Source of the DNA: Trichosphaerium sp. ATCC 40318
Taxonomy: Eukaryota > Protista > Tubulinea
Assembly (NCBI GenBank): GCA_038496445.1
Contig: JALMLS010000065.1
Location: forward strand, 62,001 to 126,000
Direction: 5' to 3'
DNA length: 64,000 bases
Positions 1-13,600 of this stretch are shown here, piece by piece. Every line of letters begins with the position of its first letter. Positions within the stretch are counted from its first letter, which is position 1. The translations under genes and the position numbers were made by a program. The notes beneath the pieces were generated by a model. That model saw nothing but the letters and a program-made list of their open reading frames with translations, did no database searches and was not told the origin of the DNA.

Positions 1-892
1 CTAAGATCCCATGCAGCTGTTAAAATGCTGTTGATGTACCCAATCATATTTGGAGCGACTTACAAAGGAGTGAATTTGTTTAATGATTGTCCGAAAAGGA
101 AAAAAGTACTCTTAGAAACTGCATTCATATAATACGTTAGGAAAGCAATATACATCATTCCGCCCATTACTGTCGCTAAAGACCAACATAAAGGAACTAA
201 CCAAACTGAAATCTAAAAAAAAATCAACACCAACCGCATGGTTGTGAGGTGACGTACTGCATGTGGGACTTCTGGAGATATAGAAAATGCTGATACTACC
301 CAGCACACGCTAATAACGCATCCGGCAACCAAACTACAACGCTTTATACTCTTTAGTCTAATCAATAATTCACCCGAGAAGAAAGATGCTAAATTCAAGG
401 CACCAAAAGATATCTGAGGTAACCTATTCAATGCCAAGTTCTGCTTCTAGAAGCGACGTTTGAATATCACGTGTTTAATGCTAAATACGTACTTCACAAC
501 AAGCAACAAGCCTAGAAGTGTTTGCACACCTGACTTTCCAGTCATCGCCACAAAGATTGGCGTAAACACGAGATGTGAGAAGTGCTGGTTTCAGTGCAGC
601 ATAATTTGCCACAGGGCCTTGGATTAATGTTATATACGCCTGATTTATATTTTCGAGGTTGCATTGACGCTGTTTAGATGGCTTTAAACAAATAATAGCT
701 TACCTGTCGTTAAGATTGCCAAGAATACGGCCACAGCAACTAAGAATACTAGTTTATAAATAAACTGGGTTTAAATGTAAGTTATTGTTGTTTATGTTTT
801 TATTTAACAGTACGTGCTTTTCGCTCCGTCTCCTCAGTTGCTCCACCTTGAGTTTGTATATCGAAACTAAGAGAGTTCGAATCAATACTCAT
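1..892 (-). CDS. FMP42/SLC43 (LAT3)-like MFS transporter, multi-exon, runs off the window edge
   Basis: Manual splicing gives LVAVAVFLAILTTGPVANYAALKPALLTSRVYANLC...CCE-KQNLALNRL plus further TM exons. This resembles the FMP42/SLC43 N-terminus. Confidence 0.6.
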
Positions 893-1127
893 AGCAGTCA
901 CAAAAACTTGTGCTCATGAACAAACAAGATGACAATTTGACTTCCATTGCTTAACATGTTGCCAGTTAAGCATGCTGTTTTTACTAGTCCGCGGTTGCAA
1001 AAGCCATACGGGCCTCTCAAAGACACAATGTAACACTAAATTTGAGATGCGGTTCGTGCCTAGACATGCAGAGGGTACTTAAAGTGTCAGAAATTATGCC
1101 ATTTTATTGTTTTACAAACAAATCAAT

Positions 1128-1977
1128 TCAGGAACCAAAACCTACTCAGGGTTAGCTATATTGCTTACTCAAACCCTTCAAGCACTTACCACGATCTCTA
1201 CTGCAACGGTTACTTTCTGTGTTCGAACCAAAACCTGTCAGAGAGCCTTAGCGGCATGGAAAAAAATTCGGAAAAAATATACAAGTTTTCATTTCACTTC
1301 CATACCAAAAGAAAAAGCAGGCCTCTCTTCTTTAACCTCCTTAACCACTTCAACGACTGGTGGTGGTAATATCCCCAAATACTCAACAAGTGCTGCAAAC
1401 TCATCATCTTTTTTTTGAGCTTTTTTTAGTTTTCTAAAATCTAGTTCTCCTCTCAATGATCCAGCACGAAGAGTACCTAAAATCAGAAGGAGTTGTCAGT
1501 AAAAACAAAGAACGACCAATAATATAGTATGCGCTAAACTCCATTTCATAGAGCACATAGAGCACATGGAGCACATGTTCAAAAAATAGTGGAGGTTCCA
1601 AAAAAAAGGTGGCCAAACGAAGTTCTTTGAAACTAAACGCTAACCTAATATCATTGCGAAATGACTTGGGTCCATGTCCAAGAATATGCGACCTTCCTTG
1701 TCCAATGTGTGTTTGTTTCCCAACGTCCACTGAACATTATTTGGAGCATTGATCCTTCAACGAGGCATAAAGTGCGTCTGGTAGTAGATACGTGCGTGCC
1801 GCCAACGTTTAGGTCTATTATATCCTCGTTTGTTGTCTTTCCAGCCATTATTCGTTTTTCTTCTTCAAACTGCTCTTTGGCGTCATCCAACTCCTTTTTT
1901 TGCGTATTTATGAGTTGAGTTTGTCTTCTTAGTTCTTTGGAGTATGATTCGTGAAGGGTTTGAAGAGTAGATGCCAT
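1128..1977 (-). CDS. Coiled-coil + BTB/POZ (KCTD-type) protein with an apparent 1-nt frameshift near 1717
   Basis: IIDLNVGG...TTRRTL...SMLQIMFSGRWE continues in another frame as HTLDKEGRIFLDMDPSHFAMIL. Downstream GT-AG exons splice in frame (GTLRAG...FAALVEYLGI). Confidence 0.75.
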
Positions 1978-2179
1978 TTGAAACGTTAACGATAATTTTT
2001 TGAGAAATTAAGTCCAGAATAGTGCTGTAGAAACTTATTTTATTTTATGTCATTCAAGTTAAGTTGTTGTTACTGGCGATAAAATAACGTTATGGTAATT
2101 GACAGAATTTTTAGTGATGTAATACGATAACCTACTATTGCATATTTTGTTGGTACCGTCTAAAGTCTGAATATCAGGT

Positions 2180-2560
2180 AATCCTGTTTTTTTCTTATTG
2201 CTTTCAAACAGTAAATCAGTGACCTACTGCAACAAAGGAACATCGTTTCAAAGCATCGATACCAACACGTCATGTACCATGCCCATGCACAATTTTATGG
2301 GCAACAGTACAATAATACCTTCATCTGGCAGCCTACCTTCAATGTAATGGCACGAACATCCCAAAGCTTTCAGTACTAAAGTTTTCAGATTGACCAGATA
2401 TTAAACACCACATATGAACACTTATAATGTCAGTATTGCTCCGCGTCTTTGTCACAATTGCAATTTAATGAACTTGCAAGTACTTTGATAACTTTGTAGT
2501 CACTGTACCCAAGTATATTTATTGTATGAACATGTATCAACTCAACGAACTATGTGCTTG
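2180..2560 (-). pseudogene. Decayed relic of the F-box/LRR family
   Basis: Minus strand retains broken LRR words (VHTINIL, KVIKVL, KAL.xVRAITL, DEGIIVL, GIDALK, VTD) with stops and frameshifts. They match the repeats at 21526 and 39409. Confidence 0.5.
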
Positions 2561-3270
2561 CTACAAGACAATTGTCCTAAGAGGTTGCATGCTATCTCGC
2601 ACCTTGGTGTCTCATAACTCTTTGGTGGGAGGGTATTTCAGAATGCAATAATGATGCCAATAGTACCATGAATAGTAGATGAGAAAAAGCGCCGTACTCA
2701 CCTTTTTCACAATAATTACAAACAAATAATCTCCCGGCTTGATTGAGGCCGTATCAACAGATACCATATGACAGCATAGAAAAACACCGAATTTCCTTCC
2801 TATTGGTAGGATAACTGTTCCCGTATTGATGATAGTATGAATGAATGACTAGCGTACATTCGGTAATACGTTTAGCCATGTGGGTTGCCTACGCAACGTG
2901 TAAACACGATTCACGTTCTTCAGGCTATTGAATGTCGGATGTACATACACATCACGTGTTTATTTCAGGCTTACAGGCAACTCAATAGGTTGTACAGCAT
3001 AAGATATAACCTCTATCTTCTCACTCGACTTTATAGGTACAACAGTTTTTCCGAAAGCGAAATCACATGACAAGCATGAATACATAAACTGAATTCGTTA
3101 CAGAATTCACCAAAATTCTTCCTGCTTTGTGTTGTACTAAGAATGACATTGCGACGAGCTAAAACTCTCCATGCTGTTTGTTTTTGGTTGTTACTTCTTA
3201 TTTTCCCAGAGTCAAAAAATTGTGAGTTTTCTGGTAACACAGAACCCAAATCCATAATTCTGCTTCACCA

Positions 3271-5683
3271 ATGCGTATCACAGCATTTCTATCTATTTTA
3301 GTTGCTGTCATATTTCTTCTTACTCCGCTTGTTCATTGCCAATGCGAAACGTGGTATGATGTCGTAAAACATGGTCCTTCCTTCAGAAACGTTAAAGATT
3401 ACGGTGCAAAGGTACACGTCACGTTGATTAATGGCAACTTTTCTATCACCAAAATACGACACCGTTATCCTACAGTGGGTGGTTAATAACCTACAGCTAA
3501 AGAAACTAGAAAAACAACAACAAACCGCTATTTTATTGAGCGCTTTTGTCTAATTCTGGTAGGGAGATGGTATAACCGATGATACGAACGCATTCATCAC
3601 AGCTTTGACTGATGGGATATCTCCTAAGTTTACAGCTGAAACACGTGTCATATACGTTCCAAACGGCTCGTATTTACTCTCTGACACGCTTCCTATCTAT
3701 TTTGGCACTCAATTCGTAGGAAACCAAAAAGTACGTCTTCATTTTCGTGTTACCACGTGACTTATACTAACTAATTTATAGTGCCCACCTTTACTCATTT
3801 TAAAGGAGAATTCTGAAGGATTCAGTACGTCGAGAAAGTTCTTCCTTGAAGCAACGTATGGCCAACCTTCCCACACGTCAAACTTCTATCATCAAATCAG
3901 AAACTTCAACATTGAAGTACGCTTATTACATAGCGTTGAGCGTCTAACATGTGCGCTTAGATAAGACCAGGAAATACGAAAGCAGTGGCAGTACATTGGG
4001 CTGTCGCACAAGCGACTGTTCTACGTAATCTGAGGATTGATGTTGGAGATGGAGATATGGCTTACTACAGTACGAAACACTTTGACAAGCTCGCTCAGGC
4101 ATGGCCTTACGCATGTATTGTAGGTGAAAACGGTAGCGGTGGTTTTATGTCAGATATTGTAATCACAGGTGGTAATATTGGCATGTCAATAAGTGGACAA
4201 CAATGGACACTAAGAAACATATCAATATCTAACTCAAAAAAAATGGGTATGACAGTTCCTATGAACTGGATTTTTAGCACTCTTGCTCTTAATATATCAA
4301 ACACTCCTGTCGGTATACAATTCCAAGGTTCATACGCTACATCAATAACTATCCAAGACTCAAGTTTCACCAACTGCGGTACGTTTTGCTCGAATTGTTT
4401 CCTTTTTACAAATCAATCTTTCTGATATTTTTCCAGGCGTTTGTGTGACTACGGACTTTCCTACAAGGACGCAAGGCGTTGTATTAGAACGTATAATAGT
4501 AACCAATTCGCCCTACATAGTTGACAAAAGCCTTGTGGGTAACGAGTTCGGTACAGTGTCAGTTCCAACTTGGGTTCAAGGACCTGTTTATGTTGATGGA
4601 CAACTTCTCCCAAACAGTCAACATGCGACCTCTCTAACACGGCCAGATAAACCTCTCATACAAAAACCATTACCTCTTTTTGAAGGCCAGGTATTTGCGA
4701 ATGTATTAGATTTTGGAGCAAAGGGCGACGGCAAAGCGGATGACACCTTAGCAATTCAGAAGGCTGTTGCCAACTTCGACCTTGTATTCTTCCCAGCAGG
4801 AATTTACCTCATCAGCGATACTATTAAACTTCGACCACAAACAACTTTGGTCGGTGAAGCTTGGTCTACTTTGACAGCAAAGGCAGACAGTGCAGCATTC
4901 ATGGATGAGAACAACCCGACTCCAATGATTTTGTTGCCAGACGACGAAAGTAACAATGTTCGCATGGCTAACTTGTTTCTTGCCCTCGAAGGAGATTTAC
5001 CAGGTTGTCTCATTATTAAACACCCAGCTGGTAATCTAAATACTTGGGATACTCACTTTAGATTATTCCATGGCGGTTGGGGTATGCTACACATGACAGG
5101 TACGCCACCATAATAAGTCGGTTTCTTGGTTTATTCTTACATTTTGTTTCAGGACTTGCCGGAGGTTATATCGAAAACATGTGGGGTTGGACTTCAGGTA
5201 TGTAGAGCTAAGCACGGAGCGCTCACGTTGAAATAACAATATAATCTAGATCACGACTTCATTACTAACAAGAACATTACTGTCAAAAACGCACGTGGTT
5301 TCCTTTGTGAATCTACTGGAGATCTTGTAATGTATGGTACAGCTTTTGAGCATAACTACCTCTACCAATACAACTTTACAAATGCCGAGAACGTTGTGAT
5401 GCTATTAACACAGACAGAAACACCTTACTGGCAGAACCCACCTTCAAGCCCTGCAATGGTCATACAAGACTCAAAGAACATTCATCTTTACGGAACTGGG
5501 TTTTATAACTGGTTTCATGGTATTCAAAAGGAGATTCTTGATGTTTATAACTCACCTGAAGTGTATCTTTATGCTAATAATGTCCATGGTGTCGTTGAGC
5601 TTCTTTCAGGAGATAATGTCATTCAGGCAAATTACAACGAGACTTTCACATCATTCTTTATTGCAGACATTCCTTCTCTGTAG
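3271..5683 (+). CDS. Secreted GH55 exo-beta-1,3-glucanase (double beta-helix), multi-exon
   Basis: Signal peptide; FRNVKDYGAKGDGITDDT, NFYHQIRNF, VHWAVAQAT, ENGSGGFMSD, QQWT; second NVLDFGAKGDG..DDT..FFPAGIY motif; AFEHNYLYQY, QTETPYWQ. Confidence 0.9.
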
Positions 5684-5997
5684 AGTAGTTGTTCAATAGA
5701 TTAAATAAACGATTGCTCCTTGAAGCTGTTCTTATCTACGTCAGAAACACAAAAAACACTGCTACAACTATATCGTTATAAAACTTGCTTGATGATGAAA
5801 AACAACCCAAAATCCTATAATTTTTATCACTAGTTTTTTTTATTTTTTCTTCAAACACACTTCCAATTATCATGATTTCATAGTTACATGTAGAATAAAT
5901 CCACTTATGTGGCTAATAAGGAGCTACCAAGCATCTTCCCTCCCAATTGCATTTCTCACATTGACCACATAGCGTTGTCCAATTATCTTCCACTACA

Positions 5998-6732
5998 TTA
6001 CATTACAACATGGTATACTGACCACGGCTCATATCCTTGCTTTGAGATTTGAGCAAAGCACCATTCTGAGCCTTTGTTAACATTCTTTGTAAGTACTACA
6101 TTATACTTTGGTTGAAATAATTGAAGTAAGCGTTTATCACAATCAAGAGTTAGATAAATCTCCTCATTAACTTCAAATTTATGAAATCCAATCATTGACA
6201 TACTTGGTTGAGGATGATCCCTTTTGTTTCCATTAGCTCCTTTTTTACTACTATTACTATCACATACAGCTACACCAATAAAAGCACTTTCTTTATATCC
6301 TTTACAAAAAAACGTGACGCTACCACGTGAGTATTTTTTTCTGCTCAGCAAGTAAGATTGAACATCTGTTACCCTTTGATGGTCCAATGTATACAGTAGA
6401 AGCGTATACTTGTCTATAAGGTTCTTTAGCTGCGGTGTCTTGTAGGTATGTATCAATTGGATCAGTTGAGGCTCTATCAGCTGCTCTGATACTCCAACAC
6501 TCCTTAAACAATTTAATATCACAGTAAAGAGCTCAGGATCATCATCTAAGAAGAACCGGTCGTTATCGTCTTTTGAAAGCGATTCGTCCCATCTGCCACT
6601 GAACATTGATGATAATAATGACCCTGGGACAACACAAAGCGTACTACGTGTTGTTGTGATGTTTTTTCCTCCAACGTTTAAATAAACAATCTCTGCCTTC
6701 GCCGTTGGATCGTATTCCTTCGCTGTAGACAT
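5998..6732 (-). CDS. Intronless BTB/POZ (KCTD-type) protein with a possible SPRY-like C-terminus
   Basis: VYLNVGG...TTRSTL...LLSSMFSGRW...RFFLDDDPELFTVILNCLR; C-terminal FIGVA and LTLDCDKRLL. Confidence 0.85.
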   Translation of the reverse strand: MSTAKEYDPTAKAEIVYLNVGGKNITTTRSTLCVVPGSLLSSMFSGRWDESLSKDDNDRFFLDDDPELFTVILNCLRSVGVSEQLIEPQLIQLIHTYKTPQLKNLIDKYTLLLYTLDHQRVTDVQSYLLSRKKYSRGSVTFFCKGYKESAFIGVAVCDSNSSKKGANGNKRDHPQPSMSMIGFHKFEVNEEIYLTLDCDKRLLQLFQPKYNVVLTKNVNKGSEWCFAQISKQGYEPWSVYHVVM

Positions 6733-7818
6733 AGTGAGTTTTTACTAGCTATTTGACGCAATCCACCCGATGACCTTGACCGTAGCGTTCTGTGGGTGTT
6801 CTGTTCGCTTAAGCTCTTAAGGCAGGCTAAAATTCGCTCAGTTTTTTGGTATGCACGTGGACTTAACCGTCTTCTCTGTAAATTTTGACAATCGTGCCCA
6901 CTTTGCGTAAGCTTCAGATTCTGATGATACTCTGGTGTACGTGTATTTAAAGGACAAAAAACGTTGACAATCAATTTCTGCATATTCTATTGCCGTTTCA
7001 ACAAACTATTTACCTCTACATAGTCTGCCATCATGTACCAGGTTGTTGGATAGCTTCGGTAATAGAGGTCGTAAATTTTACCTCCAGCCAATGTTGCATA
7101 TGGAGTCTTACGTTATGTTGGAAGAATACCACGAGATAGTGCATAGTCTTTGCTATGGTAATGCATTACCTCTTATTTAATACAAAATCAATATATGTCA
7201 CGCAGACTTGTAGCTTAGTATCTCTTGTTGGAACGTAGGTACCAATCAAAAATAATTCGTCAATTTGTATTTCAAGCTATCTTCGCGGAGAAATCTTACC
7301 CGTTGATGCTTTGAAGGGTGGTGGGGCGACCTCTCAGCTGAGAGACCTGGCGTTCTTGCAAGTTACACTTTGTGTGGTATTGTATTATTTTAGTTACGAT
7401 GAACCACTACTGAGCACCTTTGCAAAAAGGCGAAATCGTCTTTAAAACGTTTTTTTTCTTTCTTTTTTGGGTCTAGATAAACGTGCCTGTTCACTACATT
7501 TGAAGGTGAGTCTTTATGTTCGAAATAAGTAAGCAACTATTTTAAGGTGCAACCAAACACTTGTTATGTTGTTTGTAGCAGCTAATGGACAATACGGATC
7601 TAATGGGTAGTAACAATGTGGTAATAATGTTGTAGTTTGAAATAAACTTAATGGAAATGACGAAAAGGTACTACAGCTTGCTCAAAGATAACAATACTTC
7701 TGCCTGCGCTTGCAGTCACAAGAAATAGGGTACAGGCTCAACAAATAGAAACGAATGGGTTTTATATTTACAATTATACAGTTAGTCCAGAGACATTGCA
7801 AAACAACACTGTGGTTTT

Positions 7819-10526
7819 TTAATTAAAATCGTATTCTGCCAAATTGAAAAAGTCTTGAAGAGGATCATGGACGTCATTAAATAATTCAGATGTTTCTCCC
7901 AATATTGGCAAATCATCTAATGATGGAGTAAAAGAAACATCAGGTTGATTAATGACCATTATATTACACTCTGGAGACAACACTAAAAAGACAGTTAAAA
8001 AAAACCTGGGAAGACAAAAAAAAAAACAACAAAAGGGGCTTACTGTCTAAACTGTTGTCCGCTTCAATGACTAAATTATTGCTCTGAGGTTCTTCTGGAC
8101 CTTCTTCACTAAAACCAGGTACTTCAAAAGGTAGTGTTGGCGGATTAATAGTTTCACTTATACACAAAGGATCACTACTCTCAAAAGCCTCAACTAATGT
8201 CGTAGGACCTTTCTTCTTAATCTCTAGTATTGAAGGCTCGAATATCTTTGCATACTCCATACCATACGATAACGCTTCTTCATAAAGAGACCTAGAAAGA
8301 AAAGTTAGACATCATAACAAACAACACGTGGACTGAAAACTCCCATTTTTCGGTGAAAAAAAAAAACACAACCGTACACAATAACAACACCTGCAGTTCC
8401 CCACGTCTTTGATAATTTTATCATGACGCTCAGAGCCTATTATTATGTAACGTTTAGTATTTTGTAGGCATTTTGAAATAAAACATACGTCTGCAAAGAG
8501 CTCTTCATCGCCTGTTCTAATACCAATAAAACAACAATTATAAACAACACAAACACATCCAGGGAAGTAACTCATACTAACCCAATTCTTATAGCGTTGA
8601 AATGCTGTCCTAGCTTCCTACGTAGACAACATTATTAGTAACACTTTCATCGTCACGTGGCGTGTAGATTGATCAACTTACTTGTAATGCTAGATCATTA
8701 TTTGATGCTCCAAGGTTAACAACAGCAACAATAGATGAAATCAGTATTGTAAAGAATCTTACATTAACAGGAGATGTTTCTGATAGCTCTGATTGAATAA
8801 AATCTTGTGCTTCCTTTAATTGATTCATATAACGTGTATAATCAACTGCAGACTATTGAGTAAAATCGTGTTAGCCACCAAAAATAAAACAATATCATTA
8901 ACAACGGACATACAATTACCATCATTTCTGACTTTGCTTGACCCCACAATTCTGTAAACCATCCCATTTTAGAAATTTTGAACCATGTCTATAATAATAA
9001 AGATGAACAGATGAAAACATACAACAAGCTTTGAAAGAAAAAAAGGAAATAGTAATTGAGCACGTACACCACCAACAACAGCCCATGTTTTTTGTAACAC
9101 CTCTGGTTCTGTAAGCTTTTTGACTTGTTTATCTAAAGCCATAGCTGCTAATTCATTATTTATTTCATCCATTGATGTTGATATTGATTCTCTATTGTAC
9201 TTTTTAGTAAAACAGACCTGATTTAAACAAAAGTTTAGCTAAAAAGAAGATCTCACCTTGTTGCATTAAAACCATTTGCATGTAAGCGGGAGTTTCTGTC
9301 TAGCATGCCAACCTGTCTTTTAAGTTCTTTGTTTTTATTTACAATAGGATCTCTGTTGAGGTGATCAACCATAGCTAAAGTTACGTTAACTAACAATAAT
9401 ATTTTCAAAAAAAATAAGAAAAATATAAGATAATTCCAATGCATTCGTACCTGAAGCCATTTGCATATAAAAATATCCTTGAGAACAGTTTTCAAATGTA
9501 GATATATAAGAACCAAGTAGAAAAGCACCAGCTTGAAAAAAACAAGTCAGAAGGCAGCAAGCAGTCGAAAAAAAACTCACAGGCTACTGAAACATTTTTT
9601 GTATCGAAAAGGTTTCGAAGAATCTGCTTCCCAATCCCCGAGAAATGATCAGCATGATTCTTAAATCCTCCTAAACGAGCACCCCATGACATACAACCCA
9701 TTACTTCCATCATTTTTGGATCAACAGCCCATGCTTAACGTCAAAAGTTAAAAACTTGCGAAAATTAACTATATTAAAAGTTTGCAACTTTTCTCGGCGT
9801 TTCTAAAACACCGACACTTACTTGTACTATTTCTAAAGGTATGTAACACTGCACTAGCACCCCATTCATGTACAGGCGTTCCCTAAATCTAATCAGACAA
9901 ACGACAAAAGGCGAAACGGAAATTTTTTCGAAAAAACATCAAAAAAGCTGAAGTCCGCTTTCTTCCTTACATGCCATGGATACAGACACTCTCTGTATAA
10001 GTCTATATACTGCGCAAGAGACGCGCTTAACCCCAAATGAGCTGATAAACGCATCAAAGTACCCTGTAACGAGAGTTAATGAACTCATAGCCTTCAGTGA
10101 AGGTGAACAACAAGAGAAATGAAGGTTTTGATGTTTTTGTAGAGTGACATTCCAAATAAAATTTACCTGAGACGAGTTAGATTGTTCATATAGAGTCTTC
10201 CAACGCTCCGCTTCGCGTTTATGATGCTCTAACTCCAATTTAATTTCTTCCATCTCTTGAACGATTTTTCCTCGTTTACCTTTTGTATTTGGTTAACCTC
10301 ACGTATTTATGCGTCTTTTATGCGTGAAGTCAGGTTTTTTGGTTTTGTGGGGCAGCTTACCAGAAATTGGCCCACGCTTTTTTGGTGTAGCATAGACGCA
10401 CTGTAATCTCTGCTTTGTACAGCGCGCGCATGGCTCTTTACCATTACATTTGACATGTTTTGCTCTACAATGAGTACAAGCACGCCGTTTAGGTTCTGAT
10501 GCCCTTTTTCTCTTACGTTGACTCAT
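7819..10526 (-). CDS. Zn(II)2Cys6 binuclear cluster transcription factor, multi-exon
   Basis: ACTHCRAKHVKCNGKEPCARCTKQRLQC-VY...KKRGP, then a coiled coil, a helical middle region and an acidic tail ending ...EYDFN*. Confidence 0.85.
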
Positions 10527-10692
10527 AACATGTACAACTGGTGTGATCTCATTGAGTTTTAAGTCAACCGTTTAAAACCCGCCGAACTTCCACTGAGTTT
10601 TTCTTTTATTTTCTCACCATTTTAAAAGAAACAAAAACACCATAGCCCTTGTTGGTATCTCACTTTTACTGACTTTATTATACACTTTGTGA

Positions 10693-13600
10693 TTAGTCTT
10701 TGTTTCGTCTGTTGGCAAATACATTACCAGACTTGAGCATATTAAATAGTTCGTCCGTCACAGCACCCTAGCAAACAACGTGAGAAACTTTTTTTTTTCT
10801 GAAAAAAGCGTAAAAAAACAATGCCGAAGTACTTACTTGCGCGTCATTCTTAGGACCACCTCCAAACATGCCTCTGCCACCTTTCTTAGGTGCGGCACCA
10901 GTTCGTGGTGTCTAAAGGAAGAATTTAATACAGAGTTTTAATGCCATATTCAGAGAACTTGTATACACGAAATTCGTTTAAATTATTGTGCAGCGTACCT
11001 TAGCCCTGCCAGCACGTTTTTTATCCTTAGCTGCCTTAGCAGCTGCTTGTGCGATCATTTTTATTGCTTTAGCAATCTCATCAACCTTTAAAAACGCATC
11101 AGAAGGTTGTAAAAAAAGGAAGAAAGTACAAGACAAAAAAACGTACCAAAAACACGAAATGTTTGAAAAATTCGTCAGGTGTGGCTGAGATTGGATTCTC
11201 ACCCCAAGACTTTGCAAGTGCTTGAAATTCTTCTTTACCCTTAGCAAGGTCCTCATTCATCTTATCCAAGTCACTTTTGGCTTTAGTACTGAACTCGTAC
11301 ATATATTAAGGCAAATAAACAACAACGAACATCGAACAGTCAAAAAAAGTGGGAAAAAAAAAAGCGCAAAAAGGATATTTGTAATCGTTCATGGAACTTA
11401 TCGTCATCGTCCAAAGGTTGAAGTTTTTCTGCTGTTCCAACTTGCTTGTATCCTCCTGTGAGTGTACCAAGATCACTGCTTAACTGAGAAGAGCTAACAC
11501 GTGCACCCTCAGCAATACTACCGAGTTCTTGACCGAGCAAGAGTAGTTCAGGCTTATCACGTTGGAAAGTTTCAACCATAAAACGCAACAGTGTCTTGGT
11601 GTTATCAGCGGTTTTTGTATCACAAAGCTTTTTGAGGGCATTGAGTTTGAAACCCCAAGCAGCACCACGAGATGTACCCGCGTTCAAAAAGTTACCAAGA
11701 TGGAGAATAATCTAGATAAGAAACTTAGCATAAAATAATAACAAAAAAAACCAAAGAAGAAAGTCATCAAAAAATTAGCCACAACTTTGTACTTACTTCA
11801 ATAATTTTCTTCAACTTCTGACTCTCTTTAATTTCTTGTGTGGAGACAGTCATGGCTTCAATTTCTGGTTTGATTTCGCATTTTTTGCTCTATGAGATGA
11901 GTAAGAAACACAAATACCCAAAGAAGATACTTCAATTATTTCCAAAAAAAAAATTAAAGTAACACGTGACGTACGTCAAACTCAACCATGTACTTGAACA
12001 CTTTAATACGAAGTGCAAGACCCTTAATCTTACCAAATTCATAAACAAATTGTTCTGCTGTAGGCAACGCAGAAAAATCACCACCGCCGTCCATGTAATC
12101 ATTTACAGCAGAAATCTAAACGGAAAAAATGAGTTTCTAATCCAAAAAAAACACAACTTACATCTTCAGCGCTTGGAGTGTAATTGGCCCATAAAGGTAC
12201 TTGATCTTTTCCAACAGTATCAATATCTAATGTTGCTAACGCACGGCAGACCTTTTCATGAGGAACGCCATTATAACGAAGTTTGAGGAACATAGCTAAA
12301 AAAAAATAAACAATTAGTTCCTTGTTCATTTATCAACAAACAAACGTACACAAACTCTGACTTAGTTTTGGATCAACAAGAGATATAATTTGCTTTTTAG
12401 GCTTGGCATCACCGCCTGCTTTCGGTTTTGGAGCAGTTTTAGCTGCAAACGCTTCTGTAATCTCCTCAAACTTGAACTCAAAGTCTTTCAACTCCAAACC
12501 AAAATCCTCAAAAATTGTGCCTAAAAAAGAAATCAATACATAAAACTGTTATTCGAGATAACGTACCTTTGATTTTCAAAGCATTCATCTTACTCCAATT
12601 AAAGTTCTTAACCTTCTTTGATGGTTTAATAACCTTTCTTTGTGGTGCAGCAACACGTGGAGCAAAACCTGGAGCAGGTGGAGCTCCTGGAATACCTGGT
12701 GGAGGTGGAGGTCCTGGAGGTCCGCCCATACCTGGTGGAGGCGGTGGAGGTGGTGGTCCTCCTGCCATACCTGGTGGAGGTGGCGGAGGTGGTGGTCCTC
12801 CCATGTCCATACCTGGTGGCGGTGGTGGAGGTGGTGGTCCTCCTCCTACTTCCATGCCTGGTGGAGGCGGTGGAGGTGGTGGTCCTCCTGTAACTTCCAT
12901 ACCAGGTGGAGGCGGTGGTCCACCTGTAACTTCAAGCCCTGAGCCTCCAGCCTTCAATTTCTCGTTTTCTTCTTTCAAATTTTTCAGTTCGCTCTTCAAT
13001 TTTTGAATCTCAGTATTTTGGCTGCTAATTCTTGTAGCTTGATTTGAAATTTTAGTGGTTTGAGTCTTAATTTTAGCAGATTGCTTCTTGATCTCAGAAT
13101 CCTTGGTTTCAATCTCAGCTGTGTACTTTTTAATAACAGCAGGATCAGGCGCTAACAGTAATGTTAGCTATATTGACAATAATCGCTAAAACAAGTTTAA
13201 CCACATACCAGTTCCTTCCGCTTCAGCAGGCGGTGGTGGCGGATCATCATCACCTTCAGGAGGTGGTGGAGGCTCATCATCTCTACCTGTAGGTGGACCT
13301 GGTGGACCAGGTTCAACTTCATCTCCAGGAGGCGGTGGAGGGTCATCGTCACCTTCAGGAGGTGGAGGAGGAGAGTCATCGTCATCAGTTTTAGGCTTTC
13401 TTGGTGTTAAGTTCTCTCTAGCTTTCTCAACTTCCTAATAGCACGTTAAAACAGAAAAAGACCACTACTCTGATCATTGATCCATTGACATACTGTTAAT
13501 TTCTCTTGAAGCTGTTTAACTTCCTCTGCATGTAAATCAGCTAATTTCTCCTTCTCTGTAGCCAAATCATCGTGCTTCTCTTTCATAGCAGCCAAGTCAT

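Noticed and set aside
1551-1577. 9-bp tandem repeat GAGCACAT(A/G) x3
   Set aside because: Short intronic slippage repeat with no evidence of function.
12515-13006. Gly-, Trp- and Val-rich plus-strand ORFs
   Set aside because: Antisense shadows of the FH1 poly-proline repeats.
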